A stretch of 64,000 nt of DNA from an uncultured Planctomycetota bacterium (GCA_963845755.1 CAWJTV010000047.1:1-64000); one strand, 5' to 3'; counted from the stretch's first letter, positions 44,431 to 56,114 are shown. Numbers and translations are program-made. Notes: generated by a model not told the origin, from the letters alone.

Positions 44431-45801
44431 TCATAGATCATCAAGAGTTGTGAATTTGTGCTTCGAAGTCGGCCACTCCTCCTCGACGCCCCACCAGAAG
44501 GCGGCCCCTGCGGCCACGATCAATCCGGCAATCCCGAGGCTGAGCCGCCAGCCCAGATCGGCGCCATGGTGCTCGGTAAAGAACAGGCTCAGGAGCGGAG
44601 TGAGCTAAGGCGACAAGGTCCCGCCCGCGTTGCCGCCGGTATTCATCAGCCCGGCCGCCGTTCCGCCGAAAGGACTACCCAGCTCGACGACCGAGGTCCA
44701 GAAGCCCGCCTCGCACAGACCGAGTAACCCGGCCGAAACGGTGAACGCCAGAAGTGTCATCCTGGGCCCCGATCCGAGCAATCCCAGTTCGAACACGACG
44801 CCACTGGCGATCATCCCCACGACCGGAATCAGCATTCTCCGCGCTCGCGGCGAGAAGGTCACCGGCACGCGGCTCGAGAGCCACCCACCGCTGAGCATGC
44901 CGACTCCCATGGCCAGCGTGATGATCGTCGAGTAGCCACGCGCCACATGAGCGTCTTGCTGCTGGATCGTCTTGAAGTAGTAACCGACCCAGTAGAAGAA
45001 CAGGTACTGGAAGTAGCCGTATGCGGCGTAGCTCAGGGTCAGACAAACCACGCTCCGGCGTCGGAGGACCGGCAAGAGGGCCGACGGGTTGAATCTGGCC
45101 CGCGAGGACGCACCGACGGAATCCGCCTGTTCGCTCGCCTGCCGCGTGCCGTACGTCCAGACCAGCGCGACGATGAAGGTCACGCCGCCGGAGATCACGA
45201 AGGCGAACGGCCAGTCGAAGAGGTCGATCAACGTCCCGAAGACCAGATAGGTCAACGCGATTCCCAGACAAGCGGCGAATGTCACCATTCCATTCGCCAT
45301 CGCTCGGGACTGCGGCGGCAGAGTTTCGAAGACCATCCGCGCCGAGCCCGGATGGAGCGGCGCATTGGTTAGTCCGAGCAACGAACGAATGACGATGAGC
45401 CCCAACCATACCGACATCGCCCCACTGGCCAGCAATCCGACCGCCCCCGTGAATGCGACGAACACCGTCGAGCCGAAACACAGCACCATGAGCGCGGTTC
45501 GCGGCCCGAAACGGTCGATGAACCAACCGCCGGGCAGCATCGCCAGAGTATAGAATAAGAGGAACGCCGAGTAGACCATCCCCATCCGGTCGGCCGGTAC
45601 TCCATATCGGGGAATGATCCACTCGTCGCCGGCCACGGAGATGCCGATCCGGTTGAAGTGACCGGTGGCCACGACCATCATGAGTAAGGGGACTGTTCTA
45701 CGCAGGTTGGAACCGATGGCGAATGATGTGCACACACGGGAATCCCAGGTGGCATGAACGAAACGAAAGATCGCGCTTCGTTCCCCTCGATCAAGGCTCA
45801 C
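44431..45801 (-). CDS. MFS transporter (ACS-like), frameshift near 44605; start uncertain
   Basis: GWFIDRFGPR motif, many TM segments, GLMNTGGNAGG. Confidence 0.85.
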
Positions 45802-46149
45802 GAGTCCTCGTCGACCTTACGCGGAAAATTCGGTGGCGGCAAGGGTGTCCACATCGTTGTTCTGGGAAACCCCAGTGATTGTGTTTTCAATCAAGACCCC
45901 TCTGGCCTGACTTTGATCGAGGAGAGGGTGGATGTAAGCCGAAAGCCTCGTCGCTACGAAGAGGAGCGACTCGCAGCTGATCTAATCTCGCGGCACAGAC
46001 GTTTCACGTATTCGGCGAGTTCGCTTTGAACTCCCTGGCTCAATATCTCAAGCCAGGTCGTCCACCTCAAACCAGGTCTGCGAAGTGAAATGTCCGCATC
46101 CGGGGCAATCACCGAACGGATGGGACTTATGTGCCCCCCCACAGAAGCT

Positions 46150-46537
46150 TTCCATCGTCAACCGTCTTTTTCGGGCTCGGCCGAGTCTTCCAGGACGAGC
46201 TTCAAACTCACCCCGAGGGGCTCGATATAACGGTACAAGGTCTCGAGGGTTGGGTTCAGAGTCCAACCATTCTCCAGCCGGCTGATCGCCGCACGAGTTA
46301 GACCGGTGCGCTCGGAGAGGTCCGTCAAACTCAGTCCCCGGCCTGGCGCAGCTCTCGGAGGCGGACTGCCAGGGCTCGCAGTTCGATATACTGCGCCTGA
46401 GGAACCAGCTCATCCAGCTCGCCTCTGTCGATCAACTCGTCGGGGCCGGGGCGTTCGGTCCGCGCCCGATCCCGAATCGCCGTGATCGCGGCTTGCTGAT
46501 CCGCCGAGAGCGCGGGCTTGTCGTGCGTTTTGCTCAT
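46150..46537 (-). CDS. HTH antitoxin-like protein (frameshifted)
   Basis: LRELRQ then LSLTDLSERTGLTRAAISRLENG...NPTLETL in the next frame. Confidence 0.65.
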
Positions 46538-46848
46538 CTTTGCCTCCCTTGGGGCCGCGGGACTTCGTAGGCCGTGATCGGGTAGATTGTCCGGGGATCG
46601 TCGCCGACTTCCTCCCAGATCACCGTGATGTATTTCCCGGTCAACGTCTCACCGAAGGCTTCTGGTCGGCCGGATGATCGACTCCGCCCTGTCCGGGTCC
46701 GCGGGTCATGGAGAACGTCTTCGACCTCCTCGACTGTGACACCATGCTCGGCGATGTGCTGAACATTTCCGTCCGGGTCGTCGTCCAGATCCCAGATGAT
46801 CTCCGCGTCGATCACTTCTTGCCTCCCATGAAGATCCCTCGGTTGCAT
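46534..46848 (-). CDS. BrnT/RelE-like toxin
   Basis: IIWD...NVQHIAEHGVTVEEVEDVL...IYPITAY; overlaps the HTH gene start. Confidence 0.65.
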   Translation of the reverse strand: MQPRDLHGRQEVIDAEIIWDLDDDPDGNVQHIAEHGVTVEEVEDVLHDPRTRTGRSRSSGRPEAFGETLTGKYITVIWEEVGDDPRTIYPITAYEVPRPQGRQR

Positions 46849-47254
46849 TGTAACGAAATATCGAGAGCGTGTCGATCGCGTCGGACCCAGAAAGAAGGAC
46901 TTGTTTCGGCCCTGGTCTTACAGCAATCCAGCGAACCGCCGCCAGATCCCTGAATCGCCGCGTTCTCCAACGCGGCCCGAGGGATCGATCCGCCTGGCAA
47001 TGCTCGGATGCCCTCGATGGTTTGCCGACCGTGACGCGGATGAGGCTCGGGACAAGGCCGCCACCGAGTGGCCGGCCTGTGTGATCCGAGCCAGACCCCG
47101 ATCGGGGAAGCACTGGTCGGATATCCCTCGAGACGGTTCGACTTACGCCAGGACTCTTTCTTGCGGCTGGGCCGCGCTCTGACCAATTGTGGCTACCCGA
47201 GACGGATGCGCATCCCACCGAGGCCCGTGTTTCTCAGGAACCGGTGCAGCCGCC

Positions 47255-49705
47255 TCAGCCGCGTGCGACACCGAAGTGGCTCAGGACGTTCTGCAAGAGC
47301 CCGGCCCACTTCGGATCGGCCACGAGAGTCGAGCCGGCGTTGATCGAGCCAGCGTGAAAGACGCAGCCTCCGCCGGGACGCTCCCAGTAGATCATCTCGG
47401 CCGCGATCGAGATCCCCGGGGCCTTCCCGAGCGGGACCGGCCGCTGGAAGTAATCCCAGGCGAATGCGATCTTGCGGGCATCGGCGAACCCCTCGGCCAG
47501 CAGCGTCATTCCCGCGGGATCCTCGGTGGGCTGCGCGCCTCCGCCCGGAGGAGGATCGACGAGGAACTTCGCGATCGTCGAGACGCGCGCGTCGCCTTCG
47601 TGGCCAATCGGCTGCGGTAGGGGGAGGCCGGGTGTGCCGCCGAAGGCGTCGCCCTCGCGAAGTTTCAGATCATTCGGCCGGCGATAGAGGAAGTGATCGG
47701 GATTGCGGACCTTGTAAGGGCCGACTCCCGGTGTGCCCACACCGACGAGCGAGAAGTATTCCAGGCCGAACAGCCGCCAGGCCGGGAACCCGCACTCGCG
47801 CCACATCCCGCCGCGCCGGCCGTCGTGGCTGTGCCACATTTCCCCGCGTCGGTCGACGCGCACCTGAGTTCCAGGCGCATCCCCTTTTCGACACTCGATG
47901 ATCGAGGCATCGGCGTTGAACGAGACACGCCAGAACGCCGTGTTTCCCGAGAGGACAATCGCATTCCCGCCCCGATCCAGGTATCGACTCACCGCATTCA
48001 TCGCCTCGAGCGACCAGTATTCGCTGTGACCGACGACGAACAACACGCGGTAGCCGTCGAGGATGTGAGGATCGAGGTGCAAATCCGTATCGCTCAGGAC
48101 GTCGTAGTCGTACCCCTGCGTCTCCAGCCAGACTTGCGTGTGCCGATCTTGCCGGCAGAGGTGACTGTAATCCCAGGCATCGGGACCCATCAGCGTGTAG
48201 GGGCCCACGATCGGCCAGGGCATCCGGAAACCCATCTGATACGTCCCCTGCCCGGCGCGATGGGGGCGATAGAAGCCGAACGCCGGTGGATCGCCGGGGC
48301 TGTTGTCGAATCCATTGTTCCCGATCGACCTCTTGACCCCATTCCAGGTCGGGCTGAACGGCGTCGCCGCATACGCCTTCCAGGTGTTGGTCGAGCAGAG
48401 GAAAGCGATGGGCGCCTTGGGTCGCGCAGCCGCCTTCCGCACGATGAATACCGTGTGATAGAGCCGCTCCTCGCCGTCGAGCCGAAAACGCATACGGCCG
48501 ACATAGACGCCAGAACGCGCCTCGCCGGGCAGGCGATATTCGTGGCTGACGTTCCATCGGCAATCGAAGAGATCGTCGGACGCCAGCCGCAGGCCGTGGC
48601 CTCGGCGGGGGTCGTTCGCGGGATCATAGGTTCCGAACCGTGGCACATCCGCATCGAGACCGGGGCCGCCGATCATCCAGGTCGCCCCGATTGATGATCC
48701 GAGCGTGCCGACCGTGAGGACCGGCGTCCGCCGCACGCTCGCCCCGTTCCTCCGCCAGCGGCCAGCAGGCCAGAAGCCCAGGTCCAGTTGGAAGGGAGAG
48801 TACCCGGGAGGCGTGTCGGGCCTCGATCTCGGCGGGCGACAGCGCCCGGCCGTAGATCGTCGGCATGGCCAGATCCGCGTCGAGGAATTCCGAGGCGACT
48901 CCGTCCTGAGCTGCCGCTCCGATGCGCAGACTCGCGGCCCCGGGCCGCACGGAGCCGGAGATACTTCCAACTGCCAACCTCTCGACCATCGACCCAGACC
49001 TGCTTGACGGCCCCATCGAATCGGGCCACCACATGATGCCATCGGTTGGAGAGCACCGAGCTGGGCGTGTTGTCCGGAAAGGACTTCAGTCCTTGAGGAT
49101 TCACTTCCATCAGCACACATCGCGGTTTCGTGACGTGGAGGTTCTCCGCGACATAGGCCCCGCCATCGCCCAGATAAAAACCGAGCGAGCCGTCTTCGTT
49201 CACGAACAAGCCGAGGCCGCAGTGCGTTCGGCTTGTCGAACTGAGTGACGATCGCCTGCCGCCCGATCGTGCGCCATCGGCGGATCCAGACTTCGACCGT
49301 CAGCGCCGGCAACAAAGTTGCAGAGTCCAGCGGTTTCTCGGCCACCAGGTAAGAGCCGGGATGGATTGGCTGAAGTGACGCGCGTGAGGGGCCGAACGAG
49401 TGCAGGACTTCGTCGTGCGCCGGGCCGTCAACATCGGGGCCCAGGCGGCAGACTTGAAGCTCGTAGGGATAGGAACTGCTCACGTGAAAACGGACGACGT
49501 CTCCAGCCGCGACGCTCACGCGATCGGTATAGGCGTGGATGCCCGGGACGGTCACGGGCCGATGCGAGGGGAAGGCCGCCAGCTCCGGTTTGGAGTTCTC
49601 CGCTCCGGCCTGATCGCCGGCATGACTCTCGGTCGTCACGAAGGCCGAGGAAACCAGGGTGCATCCGGTGGCAGCCAGGAATTCACGTCGGGTCGGATCG
49701 GTCAT
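47255..49705 (-). CDS. N,N-dimethylformamidase beta-subunit-like protein with LamG domain and Tat signal (frameshifted)
   Basis: TRREFL, TNTWKAY, GHSEYWS, SGNTAFWRV, WHHVV LamG motif. Confidence 0.75.
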   Translation of the reverse strand: MTDPTRREFLAATGCTLVSSAFVTTESHAGDQAGAENSKPELAAFPSHRPVTVPGIHAYTDRVSVAAGDVVRFHVSSSYPYELQVCRLGPDVDGPAHDEVLHSFGPSRASLQPIHPGSYLVAEKPLDSATLLPALTVEVWIRRWRTIGRQAIVTQFDKPNALRPRLVRERRRLARFLSGRWRGLCRGEPPRHETAMCADGSESSRTEVLSGQHAQLGALQPMASCGGPIRWGRQAGLGRWSRGWQLEVSPAPCGPGPRVCASERQLRTESPRNSSTRIWPCRRSTAGRCRPPRSRPDTPPGYSPFQLDLGFWPAGRWRRNGASVRRTPVLTVGTLGSSIGATWMIGGPGLDADVPRFGTYDPANDPRRGHGLRLASDDLFDCRWNVSHEYRLPGEARSGVYVGRMRFRLDGEERLYHTVFIVRKAAARPKAPIAFLCSTNTWKAYAATPFSPTWNGVKRSIGNNGFDNSPGDPPAFGFYRPHRAGQGTYQMGFRMPWPIVGPYTLMGPDAWDYSHLCRQDRHTQVWLETQGYDYDVLSDTDLHLDPHILDGYRVLFVVGHSEYWSLEAMNAVSRYLDRGGNAIVLSGNTAFWRVSFNADASIIECRKGDAPGTQVRVDRRGEMWHSHDGRRGGMWRECGFPAWRLFGLEYFSLVGVGTPGVGPYKVRNPDHFLYRRPNDLKLREGDAFGGTPGLPLPQPIGHEGDARVSTIAKFLVDPPPGGGAQPTEDPAGMTLLAEGFADARKIAFAWDYFQRPVPLGKAPGISIAAEMIYWERPGGGCVFHAGSINAGSTLVADPKWAGLLQNVLSHFGVARG

Positions 49706-49799
49706 GTTGAGACTTTCAAGAGAGATGGCCCGTGAGTATCGATGAAGCTGAAAACGGGGATAAGTCCCGAAAAAGGCCGAGGGCATTAGCAACTGCTAG

Positions 49800-50223
49800 C
49801 CTGGATTCCCATGGAGGCAGATTGGGCTAACATTTGTTGCCGCATGATTGGAAAAAAGCCCGCGATACTCAGCTTTTCGCCTCGGAACTGGTTATGCTCC
49901 TCCAAGAGTTAAAGGTGGGTCTCCCACTAAGTTAACTTGATCACCATGGATGATATGTTCGTCGATCGAATCTCACTTCCTCCTGGAAAACAAGGGGTTC
50001 TTGCGACAAATCTATCGAATTCACCACAGTGGATGCATTGAGTTGACACCGTGGATGCTCTTTTTTCAGTTTACGGATCACCTAACATCGAGAGAGGCGT
50101 TTCGATGAGCCGTTTCAAGCCAGAACCACTTGAAATCCAGGGGAAAACCCACTTCGACGAATTTTGCTTCGTTTATGGATTGCGTCGTAGCCTACCCCGT
50201 TTTTGCCTCCATGGGAATCCAGG
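49800..50223. mobile_element. MITE-like non-autonomous element (IS1380-like ends)
   Basis: Perfect 20-bp TIR CCTGGATTCCCATGGAGGCA, CTAG on both flanks, AT-rich non-coding interior. Confidence 0.7.
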
Positions 50224-50239
50224 CTAGGTATAGACCGGC

Positions 50240-50602
50240 TCATGACTTTAGCGTGTAGCCGAAGAGGTTGACGAACGCTACGAACGCGAAGTAACCCACG
50301 AACAACGGGCTTACCCCCAAGAGCAAGCCTAAGATCCCCTTGGCCACATCGCGACCACTCAGGAGAGCACGTATCGCAGCAGGCCAGGCCAGCAGGAGCG
50401 TGAAGGCGGCGATCACCAGTAGCAAGAAGGGGAAGTGCATGGGCCGGATGGCCGATCCGGGCGGTGCAGACAAGACGGTCGCTGCATTCAGGAAAGCCAG
50501 CACATTTCCGATCAAGCTCCTTCGAAGGGCAACACGTCCGGCATCGATCGCGGGCCTTCGTTTCATCGCTACGCCACCCTCGTCTGAAAGCTCGGAGCAC
50601 AA
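50240..50602 (-). CDS. Small membrane hypothetical protein
   Basis: Three hydrophobic segments. Confidence 0.5.
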   Translation of the reverse strand: MCSELSDEGGVAMKRRPAIDAGRVALRRSLIGNVLAFLNAATVLSAPPGSAIRPMHFPFLLLVIAAFTLLLAWPAAIRALLSGRDVAKGILGLLLGVSPLFVGYFAFVAFVNLFGYTLKS

Positions 50603-50717
50603 GTCCGCTTATACGTCGAGTTCGGGCGAAAAGCTGGGCGAAACAGTCTGATACCGGCCCTGTCGTACCGGAAAAAATCGTCGTGTAATGATCTTATTCC
50701 AGTTTTCTGTTCCATCG

Positions 50718-52145
50718 CTACTTGCGGGCTAGGATCCCCTCGACGATCTCACCGTGCACGTCGGTCAGGCGGAACTCGCGGCCGGCAAATCGATAAGTCA
50801 GCCGCTTGTGATCGAGCCCCAGCAAGTGCAGTACCGTGGCATGGAGATCATGGACATGGACTTTCCCCTCGACGGCGTAGTATCCGTAATCGTCGGTCTT
50901 GCCCCAGGCGATTCCCGGTTTGACGCCGCCTCCGGCCAGCCACATCGTGTAACCATGGGGATTGTGGTCCCGTCCGTCGGTCCCCTCACAGGTCGGAGTT
51001 CGACCGAACTCGCCGCCCCAGATCACCAGCGTATCATCCCAGAGTCCACGTTGCCTGAGGTCCGTTAACAGCCCCGCGATCGGCTGATCGATGGCGTGCG
51101 CCAGGTCGGTGTGGTTCGACTTCAGGTTGTTGTGAGCATCCCAACCACTGGAGTTGCACTGGACGAACCGGACCCCCCGCTCCGACAACCGTCGTGCCAG
51201 CAGGCACTGGGTCCCGAAGTCGGCCGTGGTGGGATCGTCCAGGCCGTACAGGCGTTGGGTCGCTCGCGTCTCCCCCGCGATGTCCTGCATTTCCGGGGCC
51301 TCGGATTGCAGGCGGAAGGCCAGCTCGAACGACGCGATGCGGGCCTCGAGCTCGTCGTCAGGTCCTCGGGCTGCCGACTGGCGCCGATCCATCTCCGCGA
51401 TCAGGTCGAGCTCGAGCCGTTGCAGGTCTCGCCGCGCGGAGCCGTCGCCGATGAACGGAATCCGGGCCTCCTGGGGCTTGAGTCCGGCATGGCCGAGCCT
51501 CGTCCCCTGGTAGGCGGCAGGGAGGAATCCCGAGCCGAAGTTGTTCGCCCCGCCCTGCGAGAGGTCCTGGCAAATCGTGACATATCCCGGAAAGTTCTGG
51601 TTCTCGCTCCCGAGTCCGTAGGTGATCCAGGAACCCATGCTGGGCCGGACGAACGTATCGCTGCCGGTATGCCATTCGAGCACGGCACCGCCATGTCGCG
51701 AATTGGAGCAGTGCATCCCATTGATGACGCACAGGTCATCAGCTCGGCGTGACAGGCAAGGGAAGAGTGAGCTGATCCAGAGCCCGCTATCGCCATGCTG
51801 GCGGAATGAGAAGGGCGAACCTACGAGATTGCCCATGCGATTGGGGAACGACACCACCCGCGGGCGTTGCTCCGGCGCAAGCGGGCGACCGGTATCGCGC
51901 GCCAGCAAAGGCTTGGGGTCGAAGGTATCCAGATGTGATGGACCGCCAAACATGAAGAGCATGATGATACGCTTCACCTTCGGCCCGAAATGAGTCGGCC
52001 TCGGTGCGAGGGGATTGGCCGCGCTCGACTCTTCCGCCAGCATCGCCGATAGGGCCAGTCCGCCGAATCCGGCGCCGAGCTGCGCCAGCCATTGCCGTCG
52101 GGACAGCAGGCGTTCGCGCCGGGAACAACAGGAGTGAAGCGTCAT
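50718..52145 (-). CDS. DUF1501 family protein
   Basis: SRRQWL, FMFGGPSHLDTFDPKP, WGGEFGRTP, GRDHN, HVHDLHAT. Confidence 0.92.
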   Translation of the reverse strand: MTLHSCCSRRERLLSRRQWLAQLGAGFGGLALSAMLAEESSAANPLAPRPTHFGPKVKRIIMLFMFGGPSHLDTFDPKPLLARDTGRPLAPEQRPRVVSFPNRMGNLVGSPFSFRQHGDSGLWISSLFPCLSRRADDLCVINGMHCSNSRHGGAVLEWHTGSDTFVRPSMGSWITYGLGSENQNFPGYVTICQDLSQGGANNFGSGFLPAAYQGTRLGHAGLKPQEARIPFIGDGSARRDLQRLELDLIAEMDRRQSAARGPDDELEARIASFELAFRLQSEAPEMQDIAGETRATQRLYGLDDPTTADFGTQCLLARRLSERGVRFVQCNSSGWDAHNNLKSNHTDLAHAIDQPIAGLLTDLRQRGLWDDTLVIWGGEFGRTPTCEGTDGRDHNPHGYTMWLAGGGVKPGIAWGKTDDYGYYAVEGKVHVHDLHATVLHLLGLDHKRLTYRFAGREFRLTDVHGEIVEGILARK

Positions 52146-52161
52146 CGGCGGCCTCCCGACC

Positions 52162-54666
52162 TCAATCGACATACACGAATTCATTGGAAGACAGCAAGGC
52201 CCGACAGAGTCCTTGCCAGGCGAGGCGCCAACGTCGTTCCGGGCTTTCACCGGTGAGTGACGCTGCGGATTGATATCGGTCGAGGAACGATTCCCATTCC
52301 GACACCTCCTCCGGCCTGGCAGGCCGGCCGAAGATACGCTGGCAGGTTCGCTGGAGGCGGTCTCGGTCGCTCAAGCCCGGGTCATTTAGCAGGGAATCGG
52401 CCAGGCTCTCGCAAGTGCATCCCACGATCGGGCTATTCATCATGAACAACGCCTGCGATGCGACCGTCGTCGAGGCGCGGTCGCCATTCAGGACCGCCGG
52501 ATCGGGAAAGTCGAAGGCCTGGAACACGTCGTAAAGGGCGCTGCGGAGGACAGGGAGGTAGACACTCCGCCGGGTCGATAGATAGAGCCTGGGATCGCGT
52601 CCGACTCCGGTGACGGAGAGGTCTTGAAACGGCACGGACGCCAGCAACGTCCCGCCCATCGTCGTGTCCAGTTGACCGCTCACGGCCAGGATCGCGTCGC
52701 GAAGCTCCTCGGCCGCCATTCGTCGGCGAGGCATGCGCCAGAGCAGCCGGTTCTCCGGATCGATCTGGGCCGCTCGTTCATTCCACGCCGTGCTCATCTG
52801 GTAGGCCCGGGACATGAGCATCCGCTTGTGGAGCGTCTTCAACAACCAGCCGTCGGAGACGAATTGATTGGCCAACCAATCCAGGAGCTCCGGGTGTGAG
52901 GGCAGCTCGCCCAGCTTGCCGAAATTGTCGACCGAGCGGACCAGTCCCTTGCCGAAATGCCAGCGCCAGACGCGATTCACGATGACCCGCGCCGTGAGCG
53001 GATTCTGCGGGCTCGTCAGCCATCGTGCCAGCTCGAGCCGGCCGCTGTGTCTGGAGGGCAGGGAGGTCTGGTGGACGCCCGCGAGGATCGTCGGCAATCG
53101 CCGCGCGACGACCGGTCCACGCGTCAGGTGATTGCCGCGCAGGAAGACCGCGAGGTCTCCGACCTTTCCTTCGGCAACCGCCATGGCCTTGGGGATCGAC
53201 GCATATTCCTTCTTGGCCTCGTCCAGCAGGGTGCCATGGGCGGCGCGCTCGTCGGCCGTCATCGCGTTCGTATTCCCATTGACGAGCGCATTATCGTGCC
53301 GGTCGATGATCTGTTCGAGGTCCTCGAGGCGGAGCATGGCCCTGGAAGCGCCCAGCGCCGTCGTGTTCCACTTGGAATCGACGCGGTGGGAGAGCATCGT
53401 CTGCGTGCTCTGGAAGATCCCGGCCATCGCGTAGTAGTCGCTCATCGCCAGTGGGTCGAACTTATGATCGTGGCAACGCGCACAGCCCATCGTCAGGCCG
53501 AGGAAGACCCGGCAGGTCGTGTCGAGCTGTTCATCGACGATGTCCATCCTCTGCTTCACGGGATCATCTTCGGCCAGCATCTTCGGCCCGATCGCCAGGA
53601 ACCCGGTTGCGACGATCAACGCATCACGACGGGACGGCTCCGATTCCGCCAGCAAGTCGCCTGCGATCTGTTCTTCGAGGAACCGGTTGAACGGCTTGTC
53701 GGAGTTGATTGAGGCGATGACATAATCGCGATAGCGCCAGGCGTCGGAGTAGGCGAGGTTGTCGTCCATTCCATTGGAGTCGGCGTATCGGGCGACGTCC
53801 AGCCAATGTCTGCCCCAGCGTTCTCCATATCGCGGAGAGGCGAGCAACCGGTCCACGACGCGTTCGAAGTCCTGGGCAGAATCATCGGTCAAGAACGCGT
53901 CCATTTCTCCCGAGGACGGCGGGATTCCCAGGAGATCGAGCGTGGCGCGCCGGAGGAGCTTCCGCTTGTCTGCGGGCGGAGCCGGACGCAGACCGGCCGC
54001 CTCGAGCCGCGCCAGGATGAAGCGGTCGATGGGGGATCGGGGCCATTCCCGATCGACGACCATCGGCGGAGTCGGGGCCCGCGGGATCTGGAACGCCCAG
54101 CATTGCCGCGCCGGCTCGTTCCATTCGGGGAGGCTTTCCGCGGTCGAGGTCGGTGCGGGACCCTTCGCCGAAGCCGGCCAGGGCGCCCCCATCTTCACCC
54201 AGGCGACCAGGGCATCGATCTCTCGCTGAACCAGTTTCTGTTTCGGCGGCATCGACACCTCGCCCTCGTGACGGACGGCGAGGATCAGCAGACTCTGATC
54301 AGGCTCCCCTCGAACAATCGCCGGGCCGGAGACACCTCCGCTCAGGAGCGATTCCAAGGAGTCGATGCGCAGTTTGGCCTTGCCTTCGCCCGATTCCGGA
54401 CCGTGGCAGCGATAGCACTGCTCGACCAGGATCGGACGAACCTTGCTTTCGAAGAACGCAATGCTGGTCTCGCCTGCGGGGGCTCCCGTCAATCGATTCT
54501 TTGGCGCAACCGCTTCCTGGCCGGCCGACTGGCACGCCAGGGCAATGGGGAGTACGAGAATGGCGTGTGGGCGCTTGCCGATCATGCCTATCATTAGACC
54601 CATCATCCATCCCGCCGGCAATAAGCCGATTGGCCAGAGACAGCCGCTCGATTTCGAAGCACGCAC
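52162..54666 (-). CDS. Planctomycete cytochrome c / DUF1549 / DUF1553 (PSD1) protein
   Basis: CYRCH, YGERWGRHWLD, CARCHDHK, NPLTARVIVNRVW, HPELLDWLA. Confidence 0.92.
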   Translation of the reverse strand: MRASKSSGCLWPIGLLPAGWMMGLMIGMIGKRPHAILVLPIALACQSAGQEAVAPKNRLTGAPAGETSIAFFESKVRPILVEQCYRCHGPESGEGKAKLRIDSLESLLSGGVSGPAIVRGEPDQSLLILAVRHEGEVSMPPKQKLVQREIDALVAWVKMGAPWPASAKGPAPTSTAESLPEWNEPARQCWAFQIPRAPTPPMVVDREWPRSPIDRFILARLEAAGLRPAPPADKRKLLRRATLDLLGIPPSSGEMDAFLTDDSAQDFERVVDRLLASPRYGERWGRHWLDVARYADSNGMDDNLAYSDAWRYRDYVIASINSDKPFNRFLEEQIAGDLLAESEPSRRDALIVATGFLAIGPKMLAEDDPVKQRMDIVDEQLDTTCRVFLGLTMGCARCHDHKFDPLAMSDYYAMAGIFQSTQTMLSHRVDSKWNTTALGASRAMLRLEDLEQIIDRHDNALVNGNTNAMTADERAAHGTLLDEAKKEYASIPKAMAVAEGKVGDLAVFLRGNHLTRGPVVARRLPTILAGVHQTSLPSRHSGRLELARWLTSPQNPLTARVIVNRVWRWHFGKGLVRSVDNFGKLGELPSHPELLDWLANQFVSDGWLLKTLHKRMLMSRAYQMSTAWNERAAQIDPENRLLWRMPRRRMAAEELRDAILAVSGQLDTTMGGTLLASVPFQDLSVTGVGRDPRLYLSTRRSVYLPVLRSALYDVFQAFDFPDPAVLNGDRASTTVASQALFMMNSPIVGCTCESLADSLLNDPGLSDRDRLQRTCQRIFGRPARPEEVSEWESFLDRYQSAASLTGESPERRWRLAWQGLCRALLSSNEFVYVD

Positions 54667-54992
54667 CTTCGAATCTCTATGGCCTAAAATAAAGTTTTTG
54701 GATAACCTAAAAATCGACAGTCAAACGACCGATTTTACAGAGCAGGCCACAGGGATCGCGCTTGCTCGAATACCCGTTCGATCGAGCGCGGTTTGCCTTC
54801 GATAACGATCGAGGAATGAGGGACGAGAGGGGATGGGCGGGGCCGCTCTCCCGCCGGCCCTTCACGGCCGGCTCCTCTCTCAGAGATTCGGCCGCATTTC
54901 CCGCGACGAACCGCCTTACCGCTCGATCCTCGATGAGTGGCTCACCTTGGCAGATGGACCCGACCCTCCGGTTTCCAAGGAGTGACCCAATC

Positions 54993-56114
54993 ATGACGAC
55001 CGCCACGTTGGTGGACACAGGACGAGCCCACGTTGCTCACCGACCCCGTTCTCGGAAACGGCGAGGTCTACGCTGGCTTTGGCTGCCGACGTTCGTCGTG
55101 GCGACCGGCGGGTTGTGGGTGGTCCTTCGGGCACCGGCACGGTCCTCGTCGCCGACTCAACCCGTCAGACTGCGTGCGGTACCGCTTGGCGTCAGCGCGT
55201 TGGGCCGCCTGGCCCCCGAGGGCGAGGTGATCGCGGTGGTGCCCGGTAGCGTAGCCGATGGCGCCCGTGTCGATCGGCTCCTGGTTGCGGTCGGGGATCG
55301 CGTGACGGCTGGTCAGGTGATGACGATCCTGGATCCTCACCGGCGTCGCGTGGCCGCAGTGCGCCAGGCACAAGCCCAGGTCGAGGTCGCCAGGGCCAAA
55401 CTTGCCCAGGCGCAAGCCGGTCCGAAACCCGACGATGTGCGGGTCCAGGAGGCGCTGATCGAGCGGAACCACGCCGAATTCCGGGCGGCCGAACGGGACC
55501 TCGGTCGTGCGTCGTTTCTCTTGAAGAAGTCGGCGAGCTCACGACAGGAGTTCGACGATCAGAGCCTGAAGTATGAACAGGCGCGGGAGTCGCTCACCCA
55601 GGCCCAGGCGCAACTCGGGGCGATCAAGGCCATCCGTCCGGTCGATGTCAAGGTCGCCGAGGCCGAGCTCGCCCAGGCCCAGGCCGGACTGGAGTTGGCC
55701 CAGGCGGACCTGGAAGCCTCGGAGCTCCGATCGCCCAGCTCCGGACGGGTCTTACGAATTCACACCCGGCCTGGTGAACGCGTGGGGGATACGGGCCTCC
55801 TGGAATTGGGCAACATCGACGTCATGCAAGCCGTTGCCGAGGTCTACGAACAGGATGTGCTCCGAGTGCACGTAGGGAATGTGGTCCAGGTCCGCGTCCC
55901 CAGCGTGGGCGCAGAGATGTCGGGACGAGTCGTCGGCAAGGACCTGGTCGTCGGACGCAAGGTCATCTTCAATAACGACCCGGTCGCCGACACCGATGCG
56001 CGAGTTGTGGAGGTTCGCATCCGCCTTTCCCCGCAGGATAGCCTCAAGGTCGCCGGGTTATCCAACGCCCGTGCCGATGTCGTGATCGATGTGAACGGGA
56101 GTGCCGAGCAATGA
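54993..56114 (+). CDS. HlyD/DevB-like membrane fusion protein
   Basis: VSALGRLAP, coiled coil, AEVYE, DARVVEVRI. Confidence 0.85.
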   Translation: MTTATLVDTGRAHVAHRPRSRKRRGLRWLWLPTFVVATGGLWVVLRAPARSSSPTQPVRLRAVPLGVSALGRLAPEGEVIAVVPGSVADGARVDRLLVAVGDRVTAGQVMTILDPHRRRVAAVRQAQAQVEVARAKLAQAQAGPKPDDVRVQEALIERNHAEFRAAERDLGRASFLLKKSASSRQEFDDQSLKYEQARESLTQAQAQLGAIKAIRPVDVKVAEAELAQAQAGLELAQADLEASELRSPSSGRVLRIHTRPGERVGDTGLLELGNIDVMQAVAEVYEQDVLRVHVGNVVQVRVPSVGAEMSGRVVGKDLVVGRKVIFNNDPVADTDARVVEVRIRLSPQDSLKVAGLSNARADVVIDVNGSAEQ

